A DNA stretch of 64,000 nt, from assembly GCA_963515485.1 (NCBI GenBank), contig CAUPWD010000004.1, positions 9,716 through 73,715 of the forward strand. Reading direction: 5' to 3'. The translations under genes were made by a program, and so were the position numbers. Of the stretch, positions 9,501 to 18,134 are shown one piece after another (the first letter of the stretch is position 1; every line of letters begins with the position of its first letter). The DNA is from an uncultured Candidatus Saccharibacteria bacterium. GTDB taxonomy: Bacteria > Patescibacteriota > Saccharimonadia > Saccharimonadales > Saccharimonadaceae. The notes beneath the pieces are model-generated. The model ran no database searches and was not told where the DNA came from. It saw only the letters and a list, made by a program, of their open reading frames with translations.

Positions 9501-10366
9501 CAGTTTCTGGTCTAGTCGATGTTTGGGAAGACGGTAATCACTTTGTGGTTCAAATCACACCAACCGCAGGTCGCTCAGAAAAAATTGAAATTTCTGAAGG
9601 TCGCAAGATTAAAATTAAAGACGGTGCTAATGTTAAAACTGGTGACGTCTTAGCTGCTAAGTCTAAGGGGCTTGAGCCAATCATCGCTCCATTTGACGGC
9701 AACGCTCAAATCGTGAACGGTGCTATTATCCTCACTGAAGGTGGTAGTGCTCCAGTTCGCATCGAAATTCCTAACGATGCCGAAATGTTGGTCAAACCAA
9801 CCGATACCGTCGAAGCTGGTGATCGTCTCACTACCGGTTCTTTGAATCTCCAAGATCAATTGAAGTTCAAGGGTGCCGAAGCTACCGCCCGTTACATCAT
9901 GAATGAAATCATGTCCGTTTATGCTGCTAACGGTGATGAAGTTTCCGCCAAGCACCTTGAAGTAATTGTCCGCCAGATGTTCAGCCGCGTCGTGATTGAC
10001 GAACCAGGCGATACTGACTTTGTGACTGGCGATATCGTCTCCCTCTCTGCTGTCGAAGATGAAAACCAAAAGCTCGAAGCCAAGGGTCGCACGCCAGCCT
10101 CTTACACCCGTATGTTGCTTGGTATTACCAAGGTCGCTATCTGGTCAGATTCCTTCCTCTCTGCTGCATCCTTCCAAGATACCACTCGTGTGCTTATCAA
10201 TGCCGCCATCTCTGGTCGTGTTGACCACCTCAATGGTCTCAAGGAAAACGTGATTATCGGTCGCAAGATTCCAGTAGGTACTGGTGTAGTCGCCCGTAAG
10301 AACGAAGAGAAAAACACAGAAGCTGAAGAATCTACTGAAGCCGAAGCAGAAATCACTCTCGAATAA
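6524..10366 (+). CDS. rpoC: DNA-directed RNA polymerase subunit beta'
   Basis: 1280 aa with the catalytic NADYDGDQMAVH motif. It starts 4 nt after the rpoB stop. Confidence 0.98.
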   Translation: MAWMDNYISASDFDSIRLCVASAEDILSWSYGEVLKPETINYRTQKPERDGLFCERIFGPVKDINPHDSKLKGVRSREAAVDKEGNLVTKSIARRERMGHIKLAAPVAHIWFMRGTPSALSLLLDLTVKSIEKVVYFASYLIINADDAKIEQVKGDLIAQHDAAIQAIKIRYSEAAKAEGANAETLANEEAKELEALDADFYSRKNILEGLKKGAVISEIDYRNLPEEYEELVTVKMGAQAIRELLEEIDLDAMIEDLSAQAEDAKGQKERKLIKRIKLLEGMKNSNIKPVDLVLTVIPVIPPDLRPMISLPGGRFATSDLNDLYRRVINRNNRLKKLLDLNAPEVIIHNEMRMLQEAVDALIDNNANHGRQASSQNGRRKLKSLSDLLKGKQGRFRQNLLGKRVDYSGRSVIVIGPELKLNECGLPKLMALELFKPFVVSWLLSHEYAANSRAASRMIDAKESVVWDALDEVIQGRYVLLNRAPSLHRLSIQAFQPKLVDGMALKLHPLVASGFNADYDGDQMAVHLPLSDEAQQEAKTLMSAASNLLKPADGSPVLSIYQDIVLGAYYLTYDKPGTESETPRAYSSVYEAEMAYESGDIALQTPIRVFAKKAIRNTTLGRVFFNEILPEDYPFDNGIQTSKHLKKVMADIFNLYGADETVRIADELKALSFEYETIASISTCKDDYPTYPEIQDFIAKGDAKTALIQDQYNQGLLTDEERYSLTVANWREIDTEISNFLKAKLATMDTDIAVMTNSGARGSVSGIKIASAEIGIMVDIFNREIELPVKSSYKKGLNTLESFIATRGARQGMVSTALRTADSGYLTRRLVDVAQDVFTVDKPNDDPGFEIFKSETEHTGIEFAQRIAGRFAAETVPGYLEADELITREVAEQIAEDENIESIKIQSVLTTKSINGVPRKAYGVDLATRKLIEPNQPIGVIAAQSLGELGTQLTLDTKHSSGVAGSGAIARGLPRVEELLEARSPKGQAWIAPVSGLVDVWEDGNHFVVQITPTAGRSEKIEISEGRKIKIKDGANVKTGDVLAAKSKGLEPIIAPFDGNAQIVNGAIILTEGGSAPVRIEIPNDAEMLVKPTDTVEAGDRLTTGSLNLQDQLKFKGAEATARYIMNEIMSVYAANGDEVSAKHLEVIVRQMFSRVVIDEPGDTDFVTGDIVSLSAVEDENQKLEAKGRTPASYTRMLLGITKVAIWSDSFLSAASFQDTTRVLINAAISGRVDHLNGLKENVIIGRKIPVGTGVVARKNEEKNTEAEESTEAEAEITLE

Positions 10367-10386
10367 GAGTAAAAATCAAACATAAA

Positions 10387-10415
10387 ATATACCCCGCATC
10401 TGGGGTATATTTTTT
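10387..10415 (+). terminator. Intrinsic terminator after rpoC
   Basis: ATATACCCCG-loop-TGGGGTATAT stem plus T5. Confidence 0.8.
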
Positions 10416-10465
10416 ATTAACGAATTATTTTTAACTTAAATTTCGATACTCTGTAATGCAATCTT

Positions 10466-10981
10466 CTACTTTTTTATGCCTAAGAAATAAAAAATTTTAT
10501 GTTGATGCGGCTCAGGAAAATCTGGATGACCAGGATCTTGTATTACTTTAGTCTCAGAGTTAATCATCTCGAATTTCGAAGTAAGGATTTCTTCAAAACC
10601 GAGCGGCAAGGAAATTTTTTTATCTAGAATATAAGTTAAACAGAGAACACCCCCACTGTTTAGACAATTAGTCATATCATTGAGACATCGAGTTGCTGTA
10701 TCGTTATCAAAAAATTGCAAGACATTCGTCGCTACCACCAAATCAAACTTGTCTTGAATCTTCCAATCTCTAAGATCAGCCTTAACCGGATAAACCAGTT
10801 TATTATTAATGGCTAACTTTTCAAGGTCTTCAATGTCTTGATCCACGGCCAGCACATCCACACCTAAATTTGCTAGAAAAACCGAATTTCGTCCAGTTCC
10901 GGCACCATAATCAAGTGCCCGAGATTTTGAATAATCCTGCAAAAACTTTGCACCAGCAACAACAATTGGCATTACTTTCAT
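10466..10981 (-). CDS. Class I SAM-dependent methyltransferase (small, 171 aa)
   Basis: Motif I LDYGAGTGRNSVFLANLG followed by DVLAVDQ. Start set at MKVMPIV (ATG 10981), 7 nt after a TATAAT box. The longer track ORF overlaps the upstream gene. Confidence 0.75.
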   Translation of the reverse strand: MKVMPIVVAGAKFLQDYSKSRALDYGAGTGRNSVFLANLGVDVLAVDQDIEDLEKLAINNKLVYPVKADLRDWKIQDKFDLVVATNVLQFFDNDTATRCLNDMTNCLNSGGVLCLTYILDKKISLPLGFEEILTSKFEMINSETKVIQDPGHPDFPEPHQHKIFYFLGIKK

Positions 10982-10997
10982 GATTAATATTATACAA

Positions 10998-11026
10998 TAA
11001 AAACCCCACTTTAATAAAAAGTGGGG
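10998..11026 (-). terminator. Intrinsic terminator between radical SAM gene and methyltransferase
   Basis: On the minus strand, an 8-bp CCCCACTT/AAGTGGGG stem with a 7-nt loop, followed by TTTTT. Confidence 0.65.
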
Positions 11027-11033
11027 AAAATTC

Positions 11034-12053
11034 TTAGCACATCCAGCATTGAGGATCCTTAGCGTAGAAATTAGAATTAAATGATCCAAAAGCAACAGCC
11101 CTACATCCACGACAGAAAGAAAGGTACTTACATTTGTTACAACCATCAATTTTCTTTATGTCTCGGTATTTATCCATCTTGTCTCCGAAAAAGACAGACT
11201 CAATTGAATCCTGAGGAAAAACGCCAACTGGGCTATCCATCCTACGACATGCATATATTTGCTTATCTTCTAATAACGTTATATGAGAGTTGCCACAATG
11301 ACATCCATCATAAATCATTTCGTCATCAGATGCATAATTAATTAGACCTTTTTCAGCAAGAAAAGGCTTCCATAGGTGGTCCTTTAAGGTAAATTTGGTA
11401 CCACTGTTGGACAACTGAGAATAAGTATCCCACATAGTACAAAGAAAATTATAATATTCGTCAGGAGTCATATTTGAATCGGTATCATTATGAGTTGGGC
11501 AATACCTAGCAAATGCACAGGTATGGACTCTCAAACTAACTAATAACCTGGTAAGCTCAGCAATTTCCTGATAGTTTATCCTTGATACTGTAGACATTAT
11601 TACGGGAGGAAGGCCGCATTCGTTCAATAAATGAATGGCTTCAATAGTAGAATCGAATGACCCATCCATACGCATTGAATCATGAGTGTCCTTAAGGCCA
11701 TCCAAAGACATCTGATATTTACTGCAGCCTGATTTTTTTAATTCTAATATTAAATCTCTTGATAAATGAAATGGGTTACCCAAAATATTGAATGGTATGT
11801 CTCGATCATAAATAAGTTTAATAATATCAAAAAACTTATTGTGAAGTATTGGGTCTCCACCTGTTAAAGCCAATGAAGGAATCTTCTTATATTTCTTACA
11901 AAATGAGATGTACTGATCTAATAATAATCGTGCATCCTCTAATGACCATTCTTTAAAGCAAACTGATTTTTCGGAATTAAAAATATAGCAATGTTTACAA
12001 CGCTGATCGCATTCATTTGTTATGTGCCATTGAAGAGCAAAAAAGCCCGCCAT
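11034..12053 (-). CDS. Radical SAM / SPASM-domain peptide maturase
   Basis: CDQRCKHC (CxxxCxxC) near the N-terminus. C-terminal auxiliary-cluster cysteines DGCHCG...ACRR...GCNKCKYLSFCRGC. Start at MAGFFALQW (ATG 12053) follows AGGAGG. Confidence 0.85.
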   Translation of the reverse strand: MAGFFALQWHITNECDQRCKHCYIFNSEKSVCFKEWSLEDARLLLDQYISFCKKYKKIPSLALTGGDPILHNKFFDIIKLIYDRDIPFNILGNPFHLSRDLILELKKSGCSKYQMSLDGLKDTHDSMRMDGSFDSTIEAIHLLNECGLPPVIMSTVSRINYQEIAELTRLLVSLRVHTCAFARYCPTHNDTDSNMTPDEYYNFLCTMWDTYSQLSNSGTKFTLKDHLWKPFLAEKGLINYASDDEMIYDGCHCGNSHITLLEDKQIYACRRMDSPVGVFPQDSIESVFFGDKMDKYRDIKKIDGCNKCKYLSFCRGCRAVAFGSFNSNFYAKDPQCWMC

Positions 12054-12081
12054 AAATAACCTCCTAAGTGTTTGTGAAAAT

Positions 12082-12105
12082 GGCTGGGTTTCTATCAACC
12101 CAGCC
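12082..12105 (-). terminator. Hairpin (possible attenuator) between precursor peptide and maturase
   Basis: An 8-bp GGCTGGGT/ACCCAGCC stem lies 8 nt after the precursor stop. It is followed by ATTTTCAC, a weak U tract. Confidence 0.45.
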
Positions 12106-12112
12106 AAAATGG

Positions 12113-12319
12113 TTAAAGATTCCCGCAAGCTCCACAGCCAGAACAACTCGTAGAGCCACCTGTGTCACAGCCTGCGGCGCCACACTCGGCGCATCCACCG
12201 TTGCAAATGCTAGAAAATTTTCCACTAGAGATCCTTCTCTGTAGAACATCCTGCACAGACACTGCGGAGGGAATAGGTTTAGGCTTTTTAGCCCATGAAT
12301 TAAAACTGCTTACCTTCAT
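12113..12319 (-). CDS. Cys-rich RiPP precursor peptide (68 aa), SCIFF/ranthipeptide-like core
   Basis: ATG 12319 follows AAGGAGG. Sequence MKVSSFNSWAKKPKPIPSAVSVQDVLQRRISSGKFSSI-CNGGCAECGAAGCDTGGSTSCSGCGACGNL has 7 Cys in the last 30 residues. It lies directly upstream of the rSAM/SPASM gene. Confidence 0.75.
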   Translation of the reverse strand: MKVSSFNSWAKKPKPIPSAVSVQDVLQRRISSGKFSSICNGGCAECGAAGCDTGGSTSCSGCGACGNL

Positions 12320-12445
12320 AAAAACCTCCTTTAAGGTAAAAATGAATAGATACATGGATGTAATATCACATTTATAACAATTGTCAAATATTAGGGAATG
12401 GTATTTTTTGATACAGAGAAAAATTTTTAATAGTATAATAAACCT

Positions 12446-13669
12446 ATGCAAACCTATGTCGATTCCATTCAGCAGGCCGCCTACATCTTTCCGCCTCTGG
12501 CCCTAGCTTTTACTATTCCATATCTAATTTATAACTACAAAAAATATGGCTCTATCTGGAGTATGCGTATTTGGATCGTCTATTCTTTTATTTTGTATAT
12601 GCTTTGCACCTATTGTTTGGTAATTCTACCGCTCCCATCTCCTGAAAAAGCCGCTACCTTACATAATCATCAGATGCAACTTCTGCCGTTTAACTTTATC
12701 TTCGATATTTTGAAGCACGCCAAGTTGCAGCTAGTAAATCCCAAATCCTACCTCACGATTATCAATAACCCCGCCTTCTTCTCTACAATTTTCAATGTAT
12801 TTATGACTCTGCCCTTTGGCTTTTATCTCAAGTACTACTTTAAGAATAACCTCAAACAGGTCGCCATTAAATCCTTCTTTCTCTCACTTTTCTTTGAGCT
12901 AACTCAACTTAGCGGACTCTATTTTATCTATTCCGGCAACTATCGCCTCTTTGACGTCGACGACCTAATCACTAATACTCTCGGCGGTATTCTCGGCTTT
13001 GCTTTGGCCACTATGTTAGCCAAATATCTCCCGACCAGAGAACAGATCGACGAAAAAAGCCTCGAGCGCAGTGATAAAATTTCACTTCTGCGTCGTCTCG
13101 TGGCTATGGGTTTTGATTTTATCTTAGGCGGTTTCTTTACTATCTTCTTTGGTGATATTGTACTAAAATTAATCCATCTCGAATCTGATTTCTTTACTAT
13201 TCAAATCCCATTCATTTTTTATCTCACCATTTCGACCATCATTTTACGCGGCCGCACGATTGGCTTTTTCATGACCAACCTCAAGGTCGAATCTAATCAT
13301 AAAGTCGGAATCTTGCGAACTTATCTACGTTATTTCCTACGTTACCTCTTTTTCTATCTTCAATTCATCACTTTGCCGCTCGCTTTAGTTAATGTACTGA
13401 ATCTCGCCCTCATCAATAATATCCTTAGCCATGAAACGATTACTTATATCGCTCTGGGCCTTCTCGTAATTTTCGGTATTTATTACCTCGTCACCTTGTT
13501 ATTCGTCGCTGTGCGCAAAAGTTTATTCTATGAAAATCTTTCGGAAACCCACCTGGTAAATACCACGAAAAAAGTTAAAAATTCTAAACCAACCGCAAAA
13601 ATCACACAAAATAACCATCCAATAGTCTCAAAAAATGACGACCAGGACGATGAGGCCGAAGAAGTCTAA
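12446..13669 (+). CDS. Membrane protein, N-terminal VanZ-like plus C-terminal RDD-like domain
   Basis: Multi-TM protein. The VanZ-type segment is FELTQLSG...FDVDDLITNTLGGILGF. The later RRLVAMGFDFILGGFF segment resembles an RDD domain. Confidence 0.6.
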   Translation: MQTYVDSIQQAAYIFPPLALAFTIPYLIYNYKKYGSIWSMRIWIVYSFILYMLCTYCLVILPLPSPEKAATLHNHQMQLLPFNFIFDILKHAKLQLVNPKSYLTIINNPAFFSTIFNVFMTLPFGFYLKYYFKNNLKQVAIKSFFLSLFFELTQLSGLYFIYSGNYRLFDVDDLITNTLGGILGFALATMLAKYLPTREQIDEKSLERSDKISLLRRLVAMGFDFILGGFFTIFFGDIVLKLIHLESDFFTIQIPFIFYLTISTIILRGRTIGFFMTNLKVESNHKVGILRTYLRYFLRYLFFYLQFITLPLALVNVLNLALINNILSHETITYIALGLLVIFGIYYLVTLLFVAVRKSLFYENLSETHLVNTTKKVKNSKPTAKITQNNHPIVSKNDDQDDEAEEV

Positions 13670-13677
13670 TTCCGACC

Positions 13678-13706
13678 TTGATAATCTGTGCCATTTGTGG
13701 TAAAAT
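13678..13706 (+). promoter_or_regulatory. Promoter of rplC operon (TTGATA-17-TGgTAAAAT)
   Basis: TTGATA at 13678-13683, a 17-nt spacer, and an extended -10 TGGTAAAAT. It is followed by a structured leader of about 155 nt. Confidence 0.65.
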
Positions 13707-13868
13707 CATCTTTGTAAGTTTATCAAGGTGACATTTGAAGAACTAGACAATTAAGGAAAGCCACTTTTTTCCAACTGTAATATTTTTTAATATAGGCCAA
13801 ACAGAGAAAAAAGTCGGAACTGCCTTACTGTCTAGCTAATAGAGTGTCTCCGTAAAGGAAAGGAAAAG

Positions 13869-14486
13869 ATGAAAGTCATCCTCGGCACCAAAATTGGTAT
13901 GACCCAAATCATCAGCGAAGATGGTTTAGTGACCCCTGTTACTATCCTTCAAGCTGGACCAGCCACAGTGACTCAGATAAAAACCGTCGAAACCGATGGT
14001 TATAATGCTGTGCAGCTCGGTTACGGTAAGGGTAAGAATCTGAGCAAGTCGGTATCAGCTCACGTCAAAAAAGCTGGAGAAACATTAAGTCCAAAAATCT
14101 TAAAGGAATTTCGTACGGATTCCACCACAGATTTCAAGTTAGGCGACGTATTTACAGTCGATAATTTTGAAATTGGAGACAAGGTTGCGGTTACTGGTAT
14201 TTCGAAGGGTAAAGGATTTGCTGGTACTGTCAAACGTTGGAACTTCCAAGAGTCACGCAATACCCACGGCTTCAAGGGCGATATTCGTAAAGTCGGTTCT
14301 ATCGGCTCGATGTATCCTCAAAAAGTTTTCAAGGGTAAGCGCATGCCAGGTCGCATGGGCCACGATCAAGTTACTGTGAAGAATCTTGTCGTTGCTTATA
14401 TCGATAAGGAAAACAACATCCTCGGTCTTAAGGGCGCCGTCCCAGGACCAAAGAAAGGTATCGTAACTGTGGAGGGAAAGGAGTAA
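13869..14486 (+). CDS. rplC: 50S ribosomal protein L3 (uL3)
   Basis: The MKVILGTKIGMTQ N-terminus and the operon order both fit uL3. Confidence 0.95.
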   Translation: MKVILGTKIGMTQIISEDGLVTPVTILQAGPATVTQIKTVETDGYNAVQLGYGKGKNLSKSVSAHVKKAGETLSPKILKEFRTDSTTDFKLGDVFTVDNFEIGDKVAVTGISKGKGFAGTVKRWNFQESRNTHGFKGDIRKVGSIGSMYPQKVFKGKRMPGRMGHDQVTVKNLVVAYIDKENNILGLKGAVPGPKKGIVTVEGKE

Positions 14487-14487
14487 T

Positions 14488-15090
14488 ATGGCAGATTTAA
14501 ATCCAGAAATCTTCAATCTCGAAGTTACTAATCACGAATTGATTAAATTAGCTTACGATGCATATCTTGCTAACTCACGTAGCTCACACGCTAAAACTTT
14601 GAAGCGTGGCGAAGTTCGCGGTGGTGGTAAGAAGCCATGGAAGCAAAAAGGAACTGGTCGTGCCCGTTTCGGCTCTACCCGTAACCCTATCTGGCGCCAT
14701 GGTGGTGTAGCTGGCGGCCGTACTGGCAACGAAAACTTCACCAAAAATCTTTCAAGAAACGCCAAGAAGGTTGCAGTTATGCAAGCTCTTTCCATCAAGA
14801 ACACCGACAAGAGTATCATTACTATCGATTCTCTCGGTATCAAAGATGGTAAAGTTAAAGAAGTCTTAGCTACTCTTAAGAAAAATGGTATTACTTCAGA
14901 AAATACTCTGATCGTAGTTCCAGAGAAAGACGCTCTCACCCTACGTGCAACTAACAACCTCGACTTCGTCAAAGTTGTCCGTCCTACATTCCTCAATGTC
15001 TTCGACATCATGAATGCAGACAAAATCGTTCTCGTAAAGGATTCTGAAGCTCAACTCGAAAACTGGTTAATCGGAAAGGAGAACGCATAA
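14488..15090 (+). CDS. rplD: 50S ribosomal protein L4 (uL4)
   Basis: The GGGKKPWKQKGTGRAR motif and the operon order both fit uL4. Confidence 0.95.
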   Translation: MADLNPEIFNLEVTNHELIKLAYDAYLANSRSSHAKTLKRGEVRGGGKKPWKQKGTGRARFGSTRNPIWRHGGVAGGRTGNENFTKNLSRNAKKVAVMQALSIKNTDKSIITIDSLGIKDGKVKEVLATLKKNGITSENTLIVVPEKDALTLRATNNLDFVKVVRPTFLNVFDIMNADKIVLVKDSEAQLENWLIGKENA

Positions 15091-15401
15091 TGCTACTTAT
15101 TCCTCGAAGAACCGAAAAGGCTTACGCCGAACAAAGTAAATCTACTTATATCTTTAATGTTCCTGCTGACGCTTCCAAGCTCGCTGTAGCTAAGGCTGTC
15201 GCTGAACAATACAATGTCACCGTCAAAGATATCCGTATTCTTACTCGTAAGGGTAAAGCGACCCGCTTTTCAAAGGGTAAACACGCCTATCCAGGCACAA
15301 CATATCGTCGCGACCGCAAGTATGCTTATGTCACGCTTGCTGAGGGTAACAAAATCCGCGTCTTCGACGAAGAAACTGTTGAGGAAGGAGATAAAAAATA
15401 A
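15090..15401 (+). CDS. rplW: 50S ribosomal protein L23 (uL23)
   Basis: L23-like sequence (RRTEKAY...FNVPADASKLAVAKAV) with ATG overlapping the rplD stop. Confidence 0.93.
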   Translation: MLLIPRRTEKAYAEQSKSTYIFNVPADASKLAVAKAVAEQYNVTVKDIRILTRKGKATRFSKGKHAYPGTTYRRDRKYAYVTLAEGNKIRVFDEETVEEGDKK

Positions 15402-16237
15402 TGAGCATTAAAGCTTATCGTCCTACTACTCCTGCTCAGCGCCAGAAGACTACTCAGGATTTTGATCAAATTACGACCAGAAAACCTCTCAAGTCTCTCT
15501 TGAAGGCCAAAAAGCAGAACGCAGGTAAAAACAACCAAGGACGCATTACTGTTCGTCACCGTGGTGGTGGTGTGAAGAGACACTATCGTATTCTTACTCA
15601 CAACCTTCCACAAGGTAAGACTTTCGAAGTTATGGAGATCGAGTACGATCCAAACCGTAGCGCTCGTATTGCTCGTATCAAAGACGAAAACAACAACTTC
15701 CATTACGTACTTGCTGATTCCAAGATGTTTAAGGGTAAGAAATTCCAAACTGGTGCAGAAGCTCCAATTGAAGAATCTAACCGCTTAGCTCTTGACCTAA
15801 TCCCAGTTGGTACTATGGTTTACGCTATCGAGCTAACTCCAGGTCGTGGTGCTCAAATGGCCCGCTCCGCTGGCGCATCCGCTCAACTTATGGCAAAAGA
15901 AAACGGCTATGCCACTCTTCGTATGCCATCAGGTGAAGTTCGCAAAGTTCTCGCAACTTGTGAAGCTTCCATCGGTGTAGTTGGTAACCTCCAACACCAA
16001 AACATCAAGATTGGTGCTGCTGGTCGTACTCGCCGTAAAGGTATCCGCCCAAGTGTCCGTGGTGTTGTTATGAACGCTACAGATCACCCACACGGTGGTG
16101 GTGACGGTGGTCGTCACGGTACCGGTAAAGCGCCTCGTACACCATGGGGTCAGCTCACTCTCGGTTTCCGTACTCGTCACAATAAGAAAACTAATAAAAT
16201 GATCGTGCGTAGTCGTCACGAAGGAAAGAGGAAATAA
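15401..16237 (+). CDS. rplB: 50S ribosomal protein L2 (uL2)
   Basis: VMNATDHPHGGGDG motif. Confidence 0.97.
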   Translation: MSIKAYRPTTPAQRQKTTQDFDQITTRKPLKSLLKAKKQNAGKNNQGRITVRHRGGGVKRHYRILTHNLPQGKTFEVMEIEYDPNRSARIARIKDENNNFHYVLADSKMFKGKKFQTGAEAPIEESNRLALDLIPVGTMVYAIELTPGRGAQMARSAGASAQLMAKENGYATLRMPSGEVRKVLATCEASIGVVGNLQHQNIKIGAAGRTRRKGIRPSVRGVVMNATDHPHGGGDGGRHGTGKAPRTPWGQLTLGFRTRHNKKTNKMIVRSRHEGKRK

Positions 16238-16240
16238 TCT

Positions 16241-16522
16241 ATGTCTCGTAGCCTTAAAAAAGGTCCATTCGTGGATTTTAAACTCGAAAAGAAGATCAAA
16301 GCTCTCTCCGCTGAAGATCGCACCGTGATTAAAACCTGGGCTCGTCACTCAACCATCTTCCCAGAAATGGTTGGTCGTACTGTCGCTGTTCACAACGGCA
16401 AAGTCCACGTTCCAGTCTTCGTTTCCGAAAATATGGTCGGACACAAGCTTGGTGAATTTGCTCCAACTCGCAAATTCAAACGCCATGGTGGTAAAAAAGC
16501 TGATGCAAAGGGAGGTAAATAA
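16241..16522 (+). CDS. rpsS: 30S ribosomal protein S19 (uS19)
   Basis: [12 protein letters not shown]...[11 protein letters not shown]. Confidence 0.97.
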   Translation: MSRSLKKGPFVDFKLEKKIKALSAEDRTVIKTWARHSTIFPEMVGRTVAVHNGKVHVPVFVSENMVGHKLGEFAPTRKFKRHGGKKADAKGGK

Positions 16523-16902
16523 TGTCTACTCATTTTGCACACGCTTACATTAAAGGTGTAGATTCTATGCCACGCAAGACCAATGTTGTCGCTAGCCTCG
16601 TTCGCGATCGCTATGTCGCCGATGCTCTTGTCATCCTAGAACACACCCCACGCCGCGCTGCACGTCCAGTCATGAAGGCTATTGATTCTGCCAAAGCTAA
16701 CCTCATTAACTCTGGTGTCTCAATTGATCCTAAGACTATCCGCATCGCTCGTATCTCTGTTACTGCTGGTACCCGCATCCGTCGTTTTGTTCCTGCATCA
16801 CGTGGTCGCGCTCTTCCATTTGAGAAGATTAGCAGCAACATCTTCGTTGAAGTAGCTGGCGAAGAAAAAGCCAAAAAAGAATCAGCTAAGGAGGACAAGT
16901 AA
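16522..16902 (+). CDS. rplV: 50S ribosomal protein L22 (uL22)
   Basis: L22-like sequence (PRKTNVVASLVRDRYVADAL) in the conserved operon position. Confidence 0.93.
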   Translation: MSTHFAHAYIKGVDSMPRKTNVVASLVRDRYVADALVILEHTPRRAARPVMKAIDSAKANLINSGVSIDPKTIRIARISVTAGTRIRRFVPASRGRALPFEKISSNIFVEVAGEEKAKKESAKEDK

Positions 16903-17528
16903 TGGGTCAAAAAGTAAACCCGGTTTCTTATCGCCTTCAAATCAGTAAAGATTGGGCCTCTAAGTGGTTCACCAAAAACACTGATTTCAAAAAATGGTTA
17001 ATCGAAGACGTCAAGATCCGCGAGACTATTGAAAACCGTTTCAAAGCTCGCCCAACCATTGCCCGCATCGAAATCGAACGTACTGACAACCTTACCACGG
17101 TTACTATTCGTACCGCAAAGGCTGGTGCAGTTATCGGCAAACAAGGTGCTGGTATTAATGAATTAAAGAAAGAATTGGAAAAATTCGTTTCTCAACCAAT
17201 CCGCCTCAACGTGGAAGAAGTTAAGAAACCTGAATTATCCGCCAAGCTCGTTGCTGAAAATATCGGTTTCCAACTTGGTAAGCGTATGAACTTCCGCCGC
17301 GCAGTCAAAATGGCTACTCAGTCTACCATGGCCGCAGGTGCTAAAGGTGTTCGTGTCGAAGTTTCTGGTCGTCTTAATGGCGCCGAAATGTCTCGCCGTG
17401 AGAAATTCATCGAGGGTTCAGTTCCTCTACATACTCTCCGCGCTGACATCGATTTTCACTGTCATCACGCTCCAACCATCGCCGGTATCGTAGGTGTTAA
17501 GGTTTGGATTTATAAGGGAGAAAAATAA
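16902..17528 (+). CDS. rpsC: 30S ribosomal protein S3 (uS3)
   Basis: MGQKVNPVSYRL N-terminus and a KH domain. Confidence 0.97.
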   Translation: MGQKVNPVSYRLQISKDWASKWFTKNTDFKKWLIEDVKIRETIENRFKARPTIARIEIERTDNLTTVTIRTAKAGAVIGKQGAGINELKKELEKFVSQPIRLNVEEVKKPELSAKLVAENIGFQLGKRMNFRRAVKMATQSTMAAGAKGVRVEVSGRLNGAEMSRREKFIEGSVPLHTLRADIDFHCHHAPTIAGIVGVKVWIYKGEK

Positions 17529-17530
17529 AT

Positions 17531-17950
17531 ATGGCTATTTTACTTCCAAGTCGCGTTGCGCACCGTAAGGTTAGAAAAGGCAAAAATGATGGCGTAGCTA
17601 CTCGCTGTAACACTGTCGCTTTTGGTGAATTCGGTCTCATGTCTCTCGACAATGAACGCATCAATTCCCGCCAAATCGAGGCTGCCCGTCAAGCTATTAC
17701 CCGCTATATTAAGCGTGGTGGTAAAATTTGGATCCGCATCTTCCCACACACCCCTGTCACCAAGAAACCTCTTGATGTAAAAATGGGTTCTGGTAAAGGT
17801 GAACCACAATTTTACGTAGCTAAAGTTAAAACTGGTACTGTGATGTTCGAAATGGCTGAAGTCACTGAAGAACAGGCAAAAGAAGCACTTCGTCTTGCCT
17901 CTCACAAGCTTCCAGTACGTTGTAAATTTGTAAGGAAAGGTGAAATTTAA
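17531..17950 (+). CDS. rplP: 50S ribosomal protein L16 (uL16)
   Basis: The [10 protein letters not shown]...RMGSGKGEP motifs fit uL16. Confidence 0.96.
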   Translation: MAILLPSRVAHRKVRKGKNDGVATRCNTVAFGEFGLMSLDNERINSRQIEAARQAITRYIKRGGKIWIRIFPHTPVTKKPLDVKMGSGKGEPQFYVAKVKTGTVMFEMAEVTEEQAKEALRLASHKLPVRCKFVRKGEI

Positions 17951-17952
17951 TC

Positions 17953-18132
17953 ATGGCAGACAAGAAAACTGAAACCGCCAAGGTTAAAACCGTCGCTGAG
18001 TTAAAGCAAGAGCTTCTCGAAGCTAAGCGTGGACTCTACGAAGGCACCTTGCAAAATCCACATCGTATCAAAGCTTTGCGTAAAGAAATCGCAAAAGCAC
18101 TAACTTTAATTAATCAAGGAAAGGGAGCCTAA
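17953..18132 (+). CDS. rpmC: 50S ribosomal protein L29 (uL29), 59 aa, not in supplied ORF track
   Basis: I translated ATG 17953 to TAA 18130-18132 by hand: MADKKTETAKVKTVAELKQELLEAKRGLYEGTLQNPHRIKALRKEIAKALTLINQGKGA. It lies between rplP and rpsQ. Confidence 0.9.
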   Translation: MADKKTETAKVKTVAELKQELLEAKRGLYEGTLQNPHRIKALRKEIAKALTLINQGKGA

Positions 18133-18134
18133 GT

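Noticed and set aside
10982-12451. The longer N-terminal versions of the methyltransferase (to 11149), the rSAM (to 12146) and the precursor (to 12451) given in the ORF track.
   Set aside because: The extensions overlap the upstream genes or the promoter region, are hydrophobic nonsense-like sequences, and skip the internal ATGs that have proper RBS or -10 context.
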